Notes: a model not told the origin generated them from the sequence alone. 64,000 nt of DNA from Candidatus Hydrogenedentota bacterium (GCA_963745075.1 CAVUWV010000036.1:160001-224000); one strand, 5' to 3'; shown: positions 42,711-55,959, numbered from the stretch's first letter. Numbers and translations: made by a program.

Positions 42711-43472
42711 CTATCCCGTCAGCGATGCGGCCAAGTGGTCCCGATTCATCTTGGCGATCGTCTTCACGCTGATCCCCTTCGGGCAGGCCGCCTCGCATTC
42801 GTAGTGGTTCGAACAGTTGCCGAAGCCTTCCTTGTCCATCTGGGCAACCATTCCCCGAACGCGCAGGTTCTTCTCCGGCTGACCCTGGGGCAGGACGTTG
42901 AGGTGGGTCACTTTCGCCGCGACAAACAGCATGGCGGACGCGTTCGGGCATGCCGCCACGCAAGCCCCGCAACCGATGCATTGCGCCGCATCCATGGCGA
43001 AGTCGGCTTTGACTTTGGCCACGGGTACGGCGTGCGCTTCCGGCGCTTGCCCGGTCCGCACGGAAACGAATCCACCCGCCCCAATGATCCGGTCGAAGGC
43101 CGACCGGTCCACCACGAGATCTTTGACGATGGGAAACGCCTCAGCACGCCACGGCTCGATGGTAATGGTGTCGCCGTTCCTGAATTTGCGCATGTGGAGC
43201 TGGCACAGCGTGGTCTCTTTTTGTGGCCCGTGAGCCTGGCCGTTCACGACCGCGCCGCACATGCCGCAGATGCCTTCGCGGCAATCGTGATCGAAGGCGA
43301 TGGGCTCCTTGCCCTGCAATTCGAGATTCGTGTTGACGATGTCCAGCATCTCGAGAAACGACGCGTCCGTGTCGATGTCGCGGGCTTCGTAAGTCTCGAA
43401 TCGCCCTTCCGACGCAGCGTTCTTCTGTCGCCAGACTTTTAATGTCAGGTTGATCTTCTTCGACATTGCCAT
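42711..43472 (-). CDS. sdhB: Succinate dehydrogenase/fumarate reductase iron-sulfur subunit
   Basis: [26 protein letters not shown] and [15 protein letters not shown]. Confidence 0.95.
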   Translation of the reverse strand: MAMSKKINLTLKVWRQKNAASEGRFETYEARDIDTDASFLEMLDIVNTNLELQGKEPIAFDHDCREGICGMCGAVVNGQAHGPQKETTLCQLHMRKFRNGDTITIEPWRAEAFPIVKDLVVDRSAFDRIIGAGGFVSVRTGQAPEAHAVPVAKVKADFAMDAAQCIGCGACVAACPNASAMLFVAAKVTHLNVLPQGQPEKNLRVRGMVAQMDKEGFGNCSNHYECEAACPKGISVKTIAKMNRDHLAASLTG

Positions 43473-43505
43473 GCTCCAGTCATTTTATTTCACGGGCGAT
43501 GCTGA

Positions 43506-43598
43506 GGAAAATGAGGACAGTAACCATTTATTTGTTGATAGGATAAGTCCCTTGGATGGAGGCCGTTGACCAATAAATGGTTGTGGTCCCCGTTTTCC
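43506..43598. repeat. Imperfect inverted-repeat element between sdhA and sdhB
   Basis: GGAAAATGAGGACAGTAACCATTTATT (43506-43532) vs AATAAATGGTTGTGGTCCCCGTTTTCC (43572-43598). Confidence 0.65.
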
Positions 43599-43605
43599 AC
43601 CATTC

Positions 43606-45528
43606 CTACTTATAACTCCGCGTCGCCAAGTGTACTTCTTCAAATTCCAGCGATTCCTTGTGCAGTTCCGGCGCTTCGCCGATGCCGGTAAACTCCCATG
43701 CGGACACGAAGGCAAAGTTTTCGTCGTCGCGCTTGGCCTCGCCCTCTTCTGTCTGATGTTCTTCGCGGAAATGGCCGCCGCACGACTCCTCCCGGTGCAA
43801 GGCGTCGCGCACCAGCAGTTCGGCAAATTCGAGGAAATCGGCCACGCGTCCGGCCTTTTCGAGGTTCTGGTTGAGATCTTCTTCCGTGCCGGTGACGACG
43901 ACGTTCTCCCAGAACTCCTGCCGGATTGCGGGAATTTCTTCGAGGGCTTCACCGAGTCCCTTTGCGTTGCGGGCCATGCCGCACTTTTCCCAAAGCAGCA
44001 GACCAAGCTGCCGGTGGAAATCGTCGACGGTGCGTTTGCCTTTGATGCCCAGCAACGTGTCGATGCGCGCTTTGGCGTCTTCCTCTGCTTTCTTGAACTC
44101 TGCGTGGTCCGTATCGACCTTCTCGAACTTGTGGCTGCCGAAGTAGTGGCCGAGCGTGTACGGGATCACGAAGTAGCCGTCGGCCAACCCTTGCATCAAG
44201 GCGCTCGCGCCGAGCCGGTTCGCGCCGTGATCGGAGAAGTTGGCTTCGCCCAATACGTGCAGCCCCGGCAGGTTGCTCATCAAGTTGTAGTCCACCCACA
44301 AGCCGCCCATAGCGTAGTGCACGGCCGGGTAAATCATCATGGGCACCTGATACGGGTTGTCGTCCACAATACGTTCGTACATCTCGAACAAGTTTCCATA
44401 GCGCTGCTCGATAACGTCGTGGCCCAGCCGCTCGAGGGCGTCGCGGAAATCCAGGTACACAGCCTGCCCGGTCGAGCCCACGCCGTGACCCCCGTCGCAG
44501 ACCTCCTTGGCGCTGCGGGATGAGATGTCGCGTGGCGCGAGATTTCCAAAGCTCGGGTACTTGCGTTCCAGGTAGTAGTCGCGGTCCTCTTCGGGGATTT
44601 CGTTGGCCGGACGCTTATCGTCGGGATTTTTCGGCACCCAGATGCGCCCGTCGTTGCGCAGGCTTTCGCTCATGAGCGTCAGCTTGGACTGGTAGTCGCC
44701 GTGAACGGGGATGCACGTGGGATGGATTTGCGTGTAACAGGGGTTCGCGAAGTACGCGCCCTTTTTGTGCGCGCGCCAAGCCGCCGTCACGTTGCAGGCC
44801 TTCGCGTTGGTGGAAAGATAAAACGTATTGCCGTAACCGCCCGTGCACAACAAAACCGCGTCGCCCGCGTGGGACTCGATCTTGCCCGTCAACAGATTAC
44901 GGCATACGATGCCGCGCGCCTGGCCATCAATGACCACCAAGTCCAGCATTTCGCGCCGGTGCATCACCGTCACGCCGCCCCGGCTGACTTCTTTCATCAG
45001 GGCGCTGTAGGCCCCGAGCAGCAACTGCTGCCCCGTTTGGCCGCGCGCATAGAATGTGCGGCTCACTTGCGCCCCACCGAAGGACCGGTTGTCGAGTAAC
45101 CCACCGTATTCGCGCGCGAAAGGCACGCCCTGCGCGACGCACTGGTCGATGATGTTCACGCTGACTTCGGCCAGGCGATACACGTTCGCCTCGCGCGACC
45201 GGAAGTCGCCCCCCTTCACCGTATCGTAGAACAGGCGATAGACGCTGTCGCCGTCGTTCTGATAATTCTTCGCGGCGTTAATGCCGCCCTGCGCCGCGAT
45301 GCTGTGGGCGCGGCGCGGACTGTCCTGGATGCAGAACGACTTGACGTTGTATCCCAACTCCGACAACGTGGCTGCCGCCGAAGCGCCGGCCAGCCCGGTA
45401 CCCACCACGATGACCGTGTACTTCCGTTTATTCGACGGATTCACCAACTTCATGTCGAACTTGTGGCGGGTCCACTTTTCCGCCATGGGGCCGCTGGGAA
45501 TCTTCGAATCGAGGCCGTTACCACTCAT
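43606..45528 (-). CDS. sdhA: Succinate dehydrogenase/fumarate reductase flavoprotein subunit
   Basis: [40 protein letters not shown] and [10 protein letters not shown]. Confidence 0.96.
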   Translation of the reverse strand: MSGNGLDSKIPSGPMAEKWTRHKFDMKLVNPSNKRKYTVIVVGTGLAGASAAATLSELGYNVKSFCIQDSPRRAHSIAAQGGINAAKNYQNDGDSVYRLFYDTVKGGDFRSREANVYRLAEVSVNIIDQCVAQGVPFAREYGGLLDNRSFGGAQVSRTFYARGQTGQQLLLGAYSALMKEVSRGGVTVMHRREMLDLVVIDGQARGIVCRNLLTGKIESHAGDAVLLCTGGYGNTFYLSTNAKACNVTAAWRAHKKGAYFANPCYTQIHPTCIPVHGDYQSKLTLMSESLRNDGRIWVPKNPDDKRPANEIPEEDRDYYLERKYPSFGNLAPRDISSRSAKEVCDGGHGVGSTGQAVYLDFRDALERLGHDVIEQRYGNLFEMYERIVDDNPYQVPMMIYPAVHYAMGGLWVDYNLMSNLPGLHVLGEANFSDHGANRLGASALMQGLADGYFVIPYTLGHYFGSHKFEKVDTDHAEFKKAEEDAKARIDTLLGIKGKRTVDDFHRQLGLLLWEKCGMARNAKGLGEALEEIPAIRQEFWENVVVTGTEEDLNQNLEKAGRVADFLEFAELLVRDALHREESCGGHFREEHQTEEGEAKRDDENFAFVSAWEFTGIGEAPELHKESLEFEEVHLATRSYK

Positions 45529-45562
45529 TCCAGTACTCCGAATCCTTTCCGCACGGACCGCG

Positions 45563-46267
45563 TTACACGCCCGGCCCTATGGTGAAATGGCGAATGACAA
45601 TATACACAGGTACGAGGCTGAACCCGATGGCTACGATGGCGCCAAGCGCGATGCTGATCTTACGAATCAGGGGCGTGTAGCGATCGTGGAAAAAGCCGAT
45701 CGTTTGAAACAGGCTCTGAATGCCATGGCTCAAATGCAGACCGACACAACATACCGCGAGAATGTAGAACAGCGAGCGGGGAAGAAACGTGAAGGAGTTC
45801 CATACCAATCCGTAGAGGCCGAAACTGACGTCGCCTTCCGCAGTCGGTAGGACGGTGTCAGGACCGGTCTTCGCGGGAAACGTAAAGTCGGTGAGGTGCA
45901 GGAAAATGAAGAAGAAGACCAGAAGCCCCGTGTAGATCATGGTCTTCTTCGCGAAATTCGTTTCGCCCAGGTCGTTTTGAACCGCGTAGCGGTGCGTGCG
46001 GGCCGCGCGGTTTTCCAGCACCAGGGCTATCGTGAAATAGACGTGTACGACGAAGGCCGCGATCAGAATCAGGCGGGCCACCCACAAAAGTTCCGGGATG
46101 GCGTGCAACAGCTCGGAATAGCCGTTCAGCGACTCGGGACCCACAAGAATCAGCAGGTTTCCCGCCATATGCATTAAGATAAAGCCAACCCCGACAAGGC
46201 CGGTCACCGCCACGATCTGCTTCTTGAACACCGAACTACGCAGCATTCCGCCGATTTGTCCGCTCAT
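45563..46267 (-). CDS. sdhC: Succinate dehydrogenase cytochrome b subunit
   Basis: [22 protein letters not shown] and [14 protein letters not shown] heme His motifs; first gene of the operon. Confidence 0.92.
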   Translation of the reverse strand: MSGQIGGMLRSSVFKKQIVAVTGLVGVGFILMHMAGNLLILVGPESLNGYSELLHAIPELLWVARLILIAAFVVHVYFTIALVLENRAARTHRYAVQNDLGETNFAKKTMIYTGLLVFFFIFLHLTDFTFPAKTGPDTVLPTAEGDVSFGLYGLVWNSFTFLPRSLFYILAVCCVGLHLSHGIQSLFQTIGFFHDRYTPLIRKISIALGAIVAIGFSLVPVYIVIRHFTIGPGV

Positions 46268-46381
46268 GCGTTTCTAAACTCTCTGTTACTACCCCGGTTA
46301 CCAAATACCGCGACACGCGAGGATCGAGTATACCACTCGGAGGGGTCAAGCAAAAATGAGTGCGGTCCGCGCGTGCACCCG

Positions 46382-46795
46382 TCAGTATGCGCCGCCCTGC
46401 GCTTCCAGGAACTCGGCGAATTCCTCGTAGCCCAGCCACTTCGCGAGCGCGAAGGGCGTCAGGTCCGTAATGCTCTCTTCCCGCGGATTGATGTTGGCGC
46501 CGCGGTTTATGAGGAGCTTGGCCAAATCCAGATATCCCGTAATCGCCGCCCAGTGCAACGCCGTCAGCCCGTATCCGTCCGTCGCGTTAATGTCGGCTCC
46601 ACTTTCGAGGGAAAACTTCACGTCCGCGATTCGGGAATTCCGGGCGGCCTCGTGAAGGGGGGTGTCGAGTGCCGGATTGGGTGGCTCAATGACCTTCATG
46701 ATCAAGGTCGCGGTCGCGGAATGGCCACATTTGAGCGCCCGTGATACGGGGGTCTCTCCGAAAGCGTCTTCCGTATTGGTCCAATCGTCCGTCAT
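46382..46795 (-). CDS. Ankyrin repeat protein
   Basis: FGETPV, TPLHEAA, GADINATDGYGLTALHWAA, GANIN and TPFALA. Confidence 0.88.
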   Translation of the reverse strand: MTDDWTNTEDAFGETPVSRALKCGHSATATLIMKVIEPPNPALDTPLHEAARNSRIADVKFSLESGADINATDGYGLTALHWAAITGYLDLAKLLINRGANINPREESITDLTPFALAKWLGYEEFAEFLEAQGGAY

Positions 46796-46946
46796 GGGTG
46801 TCGCTCCGCCGTGACGCGTATCTACCCCACGGCATTCGCCGGCATTCCGCGCTACAGCATACCTTCACACGGCCCCATGTCGATCTTCCTACCTATATTG
46901 TATCGCGTTCGACGCGATCCGGCAATGGGTCGGATTATTTTTCACC

Positions 46947-48737
<1,791 letters not shown>

Positions 48738-48743
48738 GGCGGT

Positions 48744-49007
48744 TTACTCGTCGACGTGGTGCGAGATGTCGTACTTGTCCATCCGCCACGCGTAGTAAAA
48801 GATCATCGCCACGAACACGTAGATGGAGCCTTGTTGCGCCATCCAGAACCCGAACGGCACGCCGAAAAACGTGATCCGGTTCAGTTGCTCCACAAACAGA
48901 ATGCCGCACCCAAACGAGACTACGGCCCAGATGACCAGCAGCTTCGCGATGAGCCGCTCGTTCGCCCGCCAGTACCGCGCGTATTGCTCGTGCTTGTCCT
49001 CGGACAC
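48744..49007 (-). CDS. DUF4212 small membrane partner of the SSS transporter
   Basis: YWRANERL...IWAVVSFG...GVPFGFWMAQQGSIYVF; GGAGGGAG RBS before GTG 49007. Confidence 0.88.
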   Translation of the reverse strand: MSEDKHEQYARYWRANERLIAKLLVIWAVVSFGCGILFVEQLNRITFFGVPFGFWMAQQGSIYVFVAMIFYYAWRMDKYDISHHVDE

Positions 49008-49232
49008 AGTACTCCCTCCCTGCTTGTTTGGTGCCGAAAGGCACAACATGCCCCACAGGATTCCTGCTTGACCGCCTTGCACCGGAGACCATAGCGAACC
49101 CGAACGCCCCGCGCAACCTTGCCGGTGAAGAGTTACCTCACCACGAAACACACGACAGGCACGAAAGAAATAAGAAAGGAACTTCTTCTCTTCGCGTACT
49201 TCGTGCTTGTACGAGATAGGGACCTCGTGTGG

Positions 49233-49988
49233 CTACGTGTAGTTTGTGGGGGCTCCGGCGTTCACCTCATACGACGCGCGATTCGGTTCGCCAAAGGCAA
49301 CCGCGCCGTGCACGGCGCACAAGCCGACCCCGACCGCCGCAGCGAGAAGCAAGCCCTTGGCGAGGGCAACGCTTACGAAGAACAGAACTACGCTCAAACC
49401 CACCCACCGCGCGTAGCGATTGGGTCGCCAAGAGCCTCCTGCGACGGAAAAGGCGACTAATGACACAACTAACCAGCCCAGGAAGTTCGTCGCGGGGATG
49501 CCGTAGTACCAGCCGGGGTGCTCCCAGGCCCAGTAATTCAGCGGGCCCGCAGCCAACGGATCGATGACGAGATCGATGGCGGTCATCCACAGTGCCGCCA
49601 GGGGCACGCGTGTCCGCGCGGGCAGGCTGATTTCGCGCAGCATGTCCTGGATGTAGACAAGCAGGATCATCCACGCCGCGATCATGACGACGGGCACGCC
49701 GAACAGGTGCGGCCGGAGCACATGCGTGTATGCGTACGCGCCGAACGGCAGGTTCGTGTGCACGCCGAGAATCTCTGAGGCGAATCCCACGCCCCCGCAC
49801 AACAGAATGCGCGGAATATTGCGCGGCGCGCTCCCGGCTAGAACGAGCACCCCCGCCAACGCGAGAAACAGCGGCGCCGTCCAGGCAACATGCTCGGGGG
49901 GACCGCCGAAAATCCAATAGGCGCCGACGCCTCCAAGCCAGAAGAATCCGTACGCTAAGACGAGCGCTATCATCATCGCCTTACGCAT
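49233..49988 (-). CDS. Carotenoid biosynthesis membrane protein (CruF/DUF422, 1,2-hydratase-like)
   Basis: EILGVHTNLPFGAYAY, GVP, DLVIDP, YWAW and YYGIPATNFLGW; last gene of the crt operon. Confidence 0.85.
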   Translation of the reverse strand: MRKAMMIALVLAYGFFWLGGVGAYWIFGGPPEHVAWTAPLFLALAGVLVLAGSAPRNIPRILLCGGVGFASEILGVHTNLPFGAYAYTHVLRPHLFGVPVVMIAAWMILLVYIQDMLREISLPARTRVPLAALWMTAIDLVIDPLAAGPLNYWAWEHPGWYYGIPATNFLGWLVVSLVAFSVAGGSWRPNRYARWVGLSVVLFFVSVALAKGLLLAAAVGVGLCAVHGAVAFGEPNRASYEVNAGAPTNYT

Positions 49989-51459
49989 GCTCGTGCTTCC
50001 GGATCAGTTCGCTGGTCATTGCCGCGGAAAGCAAGACCGTGGGCGTGCCGCCTCCGGGGTGCGTGCTTCCTCCCACGTAATACAGTCCCGCGTAACGTTT
50101 GTCTTTGTTCGGTGGTCGAAGAAACGCGCGACGCCAACCGTGCGAGTGCGTTCCATAAATCGCCCCGCCCGGCATCAGGAAGCGGTCCGCGATGGTGCGC
50201 GGCGTCCAAACCTGTTCCACCCGGATGTCCTGCGCAATATCCGGAAACCCGCCTTTTGCCAGGCGCGCAAACACGCGCTTCCGCGCTTCGGCAATCTGCG
50301 CGTCGTCCCAGGGGTCGTGGTCGTTCGCGGGCGCGTTTGCCATGACGAATAGGGCTTCTCCCTCGCCGGGAACCAACGAACGATCGCTCCGGCTCGGTGC
50401 GCTGACGTACACCGTTGGATCGTCAGGGAACCGCCGTTCCTCGAACAGTTGGCGAAATTCACGCGCGTAGTCCTTGGAAAAGTACACGGTGTGATGATGC
50501 AATTCTTGCAGCGACCGGCGCACACCGAGTAGAAACACGAGCCCCGACATGGATCGCTCCGGCGCCGCCAGGGTCGAATCCGAAGCGTCGCCCAACAATG
50601 ATGGAGCCGACGAGGCGTCTCCATTCATGACGACCGCGTCCGCCTCGATCTGCTCCCCGCCGTCGGTTTCCACACCGGTCACGCGCCGGTCTTCTTGAGT
50701 GATACGTGTTACTCGAGTATTCACGCGCACGGCGACGCCCAACTCCTGGGCGATGGCAACCAAGCTCTCCACAATGCGATACAGACCGCCGTTGACGTAC
50801 CAACCGCCGAACGCGAATTCAATATACGGAATCACCAGCAACGTCGCCGGGCTCGCATACGGCGAAGAACCCACGTAGGTCGGGTACCGATCGTAGAGCT
50901 GCCGCAAATGCGGGCTCTTAAAGAACGACACGACCGCCTTGTGGTAATTGCCCCACGCGTGGCGCACGGGGAAATGGCGCAAGGCCCGGATTCCCTCCCA
51001 ATCCGGCAGGTCGCCGGGCGGACGACGCAGAAAGGTCGCGTTCGATAGCTCGAATAAGCGCGCGCCAAGCCGCAGGAACCGCAGGAAACCATCCACGTCG
51101 CGCGGCTCCAGCCCGCGAAGGGTCTCCAGCCATTCCGGCATGGAACTGGAATAGGTGAACTCCGTGCCGTCGTCGAAACGGTAGCGGGCCAGGGGCCGCA
51201 TCGGTGTAAGGTCGAGATAGTCAGCAAGCCGTTTGCCCGCCGCCTCGAACAGGTGCTCGAAGACCCACGGCATCGTGATCAACGATGGTCCGGTATCAAA
51301 CGTGAAACCGTCGGACTGAAACCGGTTCATCTTACCGCCGACGGTGGGACCCTGTTCGCAAACCGTGACCCGCCACCCGCGCGCCGCAAGGCGAATCGCA
51401 GCCGCCAATCCGCCGAGTCCGCCGCCAATAACCGCTGCATGCGTTGGTGTCTTGTCCAT
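49981..51459 (-). CDS. Phytoene desaturase (CrtI) family FAD oxidoreductase #2
   Basis: VIGGGLGGL, GGK, FTFDTGPSLITMP and YYVGGSTHPGGG. Confidence 0.9.
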   Translation of the reverse strand: MDKTPTHAAVIGGGLGGLAAAIRLAARGWRVTVCEQGPTVGGKMNRFQSDGFTFDTGPSLITMPWVFEHLFEAAGKRLADYLDLTPMRPLARYRFDDGTEFTYSSSMPEWLETLRGLEPRDVDGFLRFLRLGARLFELSNATFLRRPPGDLPDWEGIRALRHFPVRHAWGNYHKAVVSFFKSPHLRQLYDRYPTYVGSSPYASPATLLVIPYIEFAFGGWYVNGGLYRIVESLVAIAQELGVAVRVNTRVTRITQEDRRVTGVETDGGEQIEADAVVMNGDASSAPSLLGDASDSTLAAPERSMSGLVFLLGVRRSLQELHHHTVYFSKDYAREFRQLFEERRFPDDPTVYVSAPSRSDRSLVPGEGEALFVMANAPANDHDPWDDAQIAEARKRVFARLAKGGFPDIAQDIRVEQVWTPRTIADRFLMPGGAIYGTHSHGWRRAFLRPPNKDKRYAGLYYVGGSTHPGGGTPTVLLSAAMTSELIRKHEHA

Positions 51460-51485
51460 GATCCCGCGTGTTTGCCCCGAAACCC

Positions 51486-52611
51486 TCAGTGACTGGTCCG
51501 GTATTGCCGGCCCTTCCAATCGACACCCCGGCCCGTAGCACACCGCCACCAGGACGCGACGCCCAAGCCGATCAGCATCGCTTCGGCGAGAGGATGTCCC
51601 AACGCAGACCATAGGGGTTGCCCAAACCGCATGGCAAGCAATACGCGGGACGCAAAAATACATCCCGAAGCCCCCACGAGCGGCGTCCATCCGGGAATGC
51701 CGGCTAACGCCATGGGCAGCGCTGCAAATGGTGTTAGAAAGACAAGGCCGTGGAAAACCAGGAACAACCAGAACACCGCCCCATGATGAAACGCGGGATA
51801 GAAATTCTTTCGGAATCCCTTCCAAATCTCGCTCAACGATCCGTACATGCGCACGCGGACGACATCTTGCCCGTCCAGACAGATACCCCGCTCTCCGCGC
51901 TGACGCCACACACGGGCAATACGCGTATCCTCGAAGATTTCATTGCGAACGGATTCATGCCCCCCGACGCGAGCATAGGCATTTCTCTGCACGAAGATAC
52001 AGGCACCATGGGCAAGACCGAGCGACGTATCCCAGCGCCGCAAGGACAAGGGCGCGGGGAACATGGTGAACACAATGAAGTTCAACATGGGCATAAGCAA
52101 ACGTTCCCAGAACCCGCCCAGAACAAATCCCGGCCAGCAGGACAGGAGCGTGACGTCACGGGCCCGGACCTCGTGAATCATCCGCGCCACAGCTTGCGGC
52201 TCCAGCCGCGCGTCCGCGTCCAAAAACAACAACCATTGGGACCGCGCAGCGGCGGCTAGGCGCGCACAGGCAAAGTTTTTGCCGCACCAGCCGTTCGGCA
52301 ACGCATGGGGTTCGAGCAGCCGGACCCGCTCATCATCGGCGCGGAGCATGCGAACGACTTCGGCGGTGCCATCCGTGGAATGGTCGTCGTACACCAGCAC
52401 TTCCCGCACCGCACCGCCCTGGCGCAGATACGGATTCGATGCACGCTCCCAGTGTCCCGGCTTCGTTGCGCGCAGGGATCAGAACGGACACCGTGGCGAT
52501 CTCGCCCCGTCGAAGGCATGCGCAACGCCGGGCCAAGACACGACGTTCCACATGACGAGCAAGAGCGCGCCGAACGCTCATGAAGCAAACACTGTAGCCA
52601 AGAATCAGCAC
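51486..52611 (-). CDS. GT2 carotenoid glycosyltransferase (CrtQ/CruC-like), frameshifted near the 5' end
   Basis: VSVLIPARNEA, VYDDHSTDGT, GWCGKNFAC, LFLDAD, EDTRIAR, RMY and WKGR.Y. Confidence 0.85.
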
Positions 52612-52623
52612 CGCGGTTCCTTA

Positions 52624-53443
52624 TCATTCAATTGGCGAATGCGTCAGTGCGTGACGACGAATGGCGTCGGCAGTTTGCGATCCCACCGGGCATATCCCGG
52701 AAGGTGTGCCCGGTCCAAATGCGACGGAGGCGACCTGAACCGTCGCTTCCACGAGGGGACTGTGACCGGCTCCGGCCAACGCATGCTCCCGAGCCTGCGG
52801 CCAGACCGATTGCCAGATCACAACCGATTTTTTCACCGCAGTAAACGAACGCTCTCCGCAAACCAGGTCAATCGGGATAGCAAGATCGGAGAACGTTTCC
52901 CAATGCGGCACGCGGCGAAACGCCCGCAACACATCCAGGATAAAGTCGTGGTCCACGTTTTCAAAAGATCTTGTAAGACTGGAATGGCCGGTGCGTTTCT
53001 TTCGCAGGACCGCGTTCGTGAAATGGCGACCCACCGGGTTGGCAAACGTGCTGAAGTACGCGCGTCGCCCGAATTCGCCCCACGTGAAGATTTTGAAATA
53101 GAGCGGCATGTACGCGAACGGATCGATCAGCACTAGCCGCGCCACCCGATCCGGCACTCGTTGAGCCGCCATCATGGCAAGGTTCCCGCCGCCGCAATAG
53201 CCAAGCAGCGTCACGGGCTCGCGCGACACCATGCATATGACGTTCTGCGAGCGCGTCGGCCATCGCATCCAAGGTCCACGCGACGGGTCTTGGCGAAAGA
53301 CCGTACCCCGGAAGGTCGACACTGTACAGCGCGGCCTCCTCCGGCAGATAGGGAACCAGCGGACGGAAGGTGCGGTGATTGCCCGCCCACCCGTGCACCG
53401 CCAGATAGGCCGTTCCACCGGTGCCGTAGGGTTCAACGTGCAC
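52624..53443 (-). CDS. Alpha/beta-fold hydrolase (frameshift ~53240)
   Basis: VHGWAGN and VDLPGYGLS; nucleophile elbow LLGYCGGG; RLVLIDP; C-terminal AGHSP. Confidence 0.82.
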
Positions 53444-54953
53444 GGGCCGCGATCCTTTCCGCCGTCAGACGTCCACCGAGGACGACCATGGGCATCCCCG
53501 TCCCCGGCGTGGTGCTCGCGCCCACATAATACATCCCTTCCACGGTGTCGAGATAGTTCTTCGCACGGAAGGGGCCAACTTGGAATAGATTGTGTGCCGC
53601 ACCAAATGCGGAACCGTCGTAGAGCCCGAAAGTGTCGCGCCAGTCTTCGGGCGTGTATACCCGCTCAAACACAATGCGTTGCGGATCGAGTTCGGCTCCG
53701 TGATGGGCGAGCCGTTCCAGCACGCGATTCTTAACCGAGGGGATCGCGCTGCGCCAATCGAAGCCCGGCATTTCACTGAGCAGCGGGGTCGGCACAAGAA
53801 CGAACATGGCCGCATCGTCTGCCGGCGCGAGGTCCGGATCCGTCTCGGAAGGCACGCTCACGTAGAACGGAAGTCCACGGGGAATCTGGTGGTTGCGCAT
53901 GAGATCATCAAAGGCGCCACGATAATCGTCGGGCAAGTAGATCGTGTGGTGAGGCATGCCCTCGACTTTGCCCCGAATGCCCCAGTAGAACGTCATCACG
54001 CCGCAGGTCATGCGCGTGCGGTCCGTTTTGCGTTGGAGGTCCTCTCCCAGTCCATTCGCGGCCAGCAGCATCGTGTCCGTCGTCGGCACATCCACGTTCG
54101 ACACGACTGCGGAAGCCCGCACACGTTCGCCGTCGGCAAGGTCCAACCCGGTAATCCGGAGATTCTCCATCCGGATCCGGCTGACGCGCCGTCCCGTGTG
54201 AATCTCGACGCCCATATCCCGTGCGAGCCGCTCGATGCCTTCGACCAGACCGTAGATGCCGCCTTTGGGGAGCCACAAGCCATACGCCAGTTCGCCATAG
54301 GGCAGGATGGAAAAGAACCCCGGCAATTCGTGGGGGGAGCCGCCCAGATACATGCCGTAGGAACCCAGTGCCTCTTTGATGTAGCGACTTTTGAAAAAGC
54401 GTCCGAGTTCGCTGTATAGCGAACGCCACACGCTGAGCTTCGCCATCTGACGCGGCGAAAGAGCGCCGATCCACTTCAGCGGATTGTCCTCGTTCCGGGT
54501 CACGAGTTTGTCGAAGGCCAGATTGTATTTTGCCGCGGCATCGCGCAGATAACTCAAGACGCCTGGCGTGGAACCGGGATCAATACGGTCGCACTCGGCC
54601 AACAGTTTCTCGAGATTGCTGGACAACGTGAAATGCGTACCGTCCTGCCACTGAAAACTCACGGACGGTTCGACCGGAAGCAAGGTCACGTAGTCCTCGA
54701 GCCGCCGTCCCGCCGCTTCGAAGAGTTCGTGAAACACCCACGGGTAATTCAACAGCGAGGGTCCCGTATCGAACCGGAAGCCAGCTTCCTCGATGACGTT
54801 CGCCCGGCCGCCGACGCGATCGTTGGCCTCGTACATGACGACGTCGAATCCGGCGACGCGAAGATGGATCGCTGCGCTCAGCCCGCCAAGCCCGGCCCCG
54901 ACAATGACGACGCGGCTCTTAGCCTCGGTCGAGGGTGCGTTTGTCGTGCCCAT
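53433..54953 (-). CDS. crtI: Phytoene desaturase (CrtI/CrtN) family FAD oxidoreductase #1
   Basis: IVGAGLGGL, VGGRA, FRFDTGPS, GSAFG and YYVGASTTPGTGMPMV; directly follows crtB. Confidence 0.88.
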   Translation of the reverse strand: MGTTNAPSTEAKSRVVIVGAGLGGLSAAIHLRVAGFDVVMYEANDRVGGRANVIEEAGFRFDTGPSLLNYPWVFHELFEAAGRRLEDYVTLLPVEPSVSFQWQDGTHFTLSSNLEKLLAECDRIDPGSTPGVLSYLRDAAAKYNLAFDKLVTRNEDNPLKWIGALSPRQMAKLSVWRSLYSELGRFFKSRYIKEALGSYGMYLGGSPHELPGFFSILPYGELAYGLWLPKGGIYGLVEGIERLARDMGVEIHTGRRVSRIRMENLRITGLDLADGERVRASAVVSNVDVPTTDTMLLAANGLGEDLQRKTDRTRMTCGVMTFYWGIRGKVEGMPHHTIYLPDDYRGAFDDLMRNHQIPRGLPFYVSVPSETDPDLAPADDAAMFVLVPTPLLSEMPGFDWRSAIPSVKNRVLERLAHHGAELDPQRIVFERVYTPEDWRDTFGLYDGSAFGAAHNLFQVGPFRAKNYLDTVEGMYYVGASTTPGTGMPMVVLGGRLTAERIAARAR

Positions 54954-54957
54954 GCTC

Positions 54958-55959
54958 TCACCACCCCATGTAGGCGAGCGGGAGCCGCCAGTACTTGCTG
55001 CGCGGCAGTACCCTGAATTTCTCGCGCATCGGCACGCTCTCCCGGTGCGCAACTCCGTTCCGACTTGTGCGAATACGTTCGTTCAATTGACCGTACACGT
55101 CGATACAGGCCTGAATTGCCGTCCGGCTGTCCGGTGCGAAAGCGTCCAGGTCCCGTTGCGCTGCCAGGTAATAGGTCGAGGCGACCGTCGCCACGCGATG
55201 AATGACCCTTTTCAGCCCGTGATGTTGTGTGGGGTTCTGGGTGTCTATATGCTCAATCCCCTCTGCCGCCAACATGTCCAGCGGCAAGTACTGCCTTCCC
55301 CTCCGCTGGTCTTCGCCCGCGTCACGGATGAAATTGGTCAATTGCAGCGCAATACCCAGGCTGCGGGCCGCTTCGATCGCACGGCCGAAGTCGGCGGGGC
55401 GCGCCGGACCATAAATGTGCGCCAGAAAGTACCCGACCACGATGGCGCTCCCGTAGATGTACGAGTCAATGAGGTCTTCCATCGTCTCAAAAGACCGAGG
55501 TTCCACGTCCAACCGCATTGCGTCGAGGAAGGCGCGATAATGGTCTTCCGGAATGCCCGTTTCCCGCACCACCCGGGTGAAGGCCCCAAGGAAACAGGGA
55601 ACCCCGTCGTTCACGGCTTCTTGCGTGGTGCGCGCGCGCAGTCCCCGCTCGTAGCTGTCCCGCCATGCGTCCAGTATTCGCAGCCGCTCCGCGGCCGGAA
55701 GAGGGAAGGTGTCAACGACCTCGTCCGGATACCGAACGGCGGCATACACCGCTTCGACTTGAACACGTTTCCGTGGGGGCAGGAATCGCGTCACCGCAAA
55801 GAAGCTGGTGCTGTAGGTCTGCAACACCGCACGCGCCTGCCGGGTGATGACGTCCCGCGCGGCGTCTTCCGTCGCGGTGTGCACCACCCGGCTGCGCATA
55901 CGGTTCTCCAGTCGCACCCAATCCTCAAGCGACCAGATACTCGTGTCGGAGGTTTTCAT
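54958..55959 (-). CDS. crtB: Phytoene/squalene synthase family (CrtB/CrtM)
   Basis: STSFF, YAAVRYPDEVVD, AMRLD and LGIALQLTNFIRDAGED..RGRQYLP. Confidence 0.92.
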   Translation of the reverse strand: MKTSDTSIWSLEDWVRLENRMRSRVVHTATEDAARDVITRQARAVLQTYSTSFFAVTRFLPPRKRVQVEAVYAAVRYPDEVVDTFPLPAAERLRILDAWRDSYERGLRARTTQEAVNDGVPCFLGAFTRVVRETGIPEDHYRAFLDAMRLDVEPRSFETMEDLIDSYIYGSAIVVGYFLAHIYGPARPADFGRAIEAARSLGIALQLTNFIRDAGEDQRRGRQYLPLDMLAAEGIEHIDTQNPTQHHGLKRVIHRVATVASTYYLAAQRDLDAFAPDSRTAIQACIDVYGQLNERIRTSRNGVAHRESVPMREKFRVLPRSKYWRLPLAYMGW

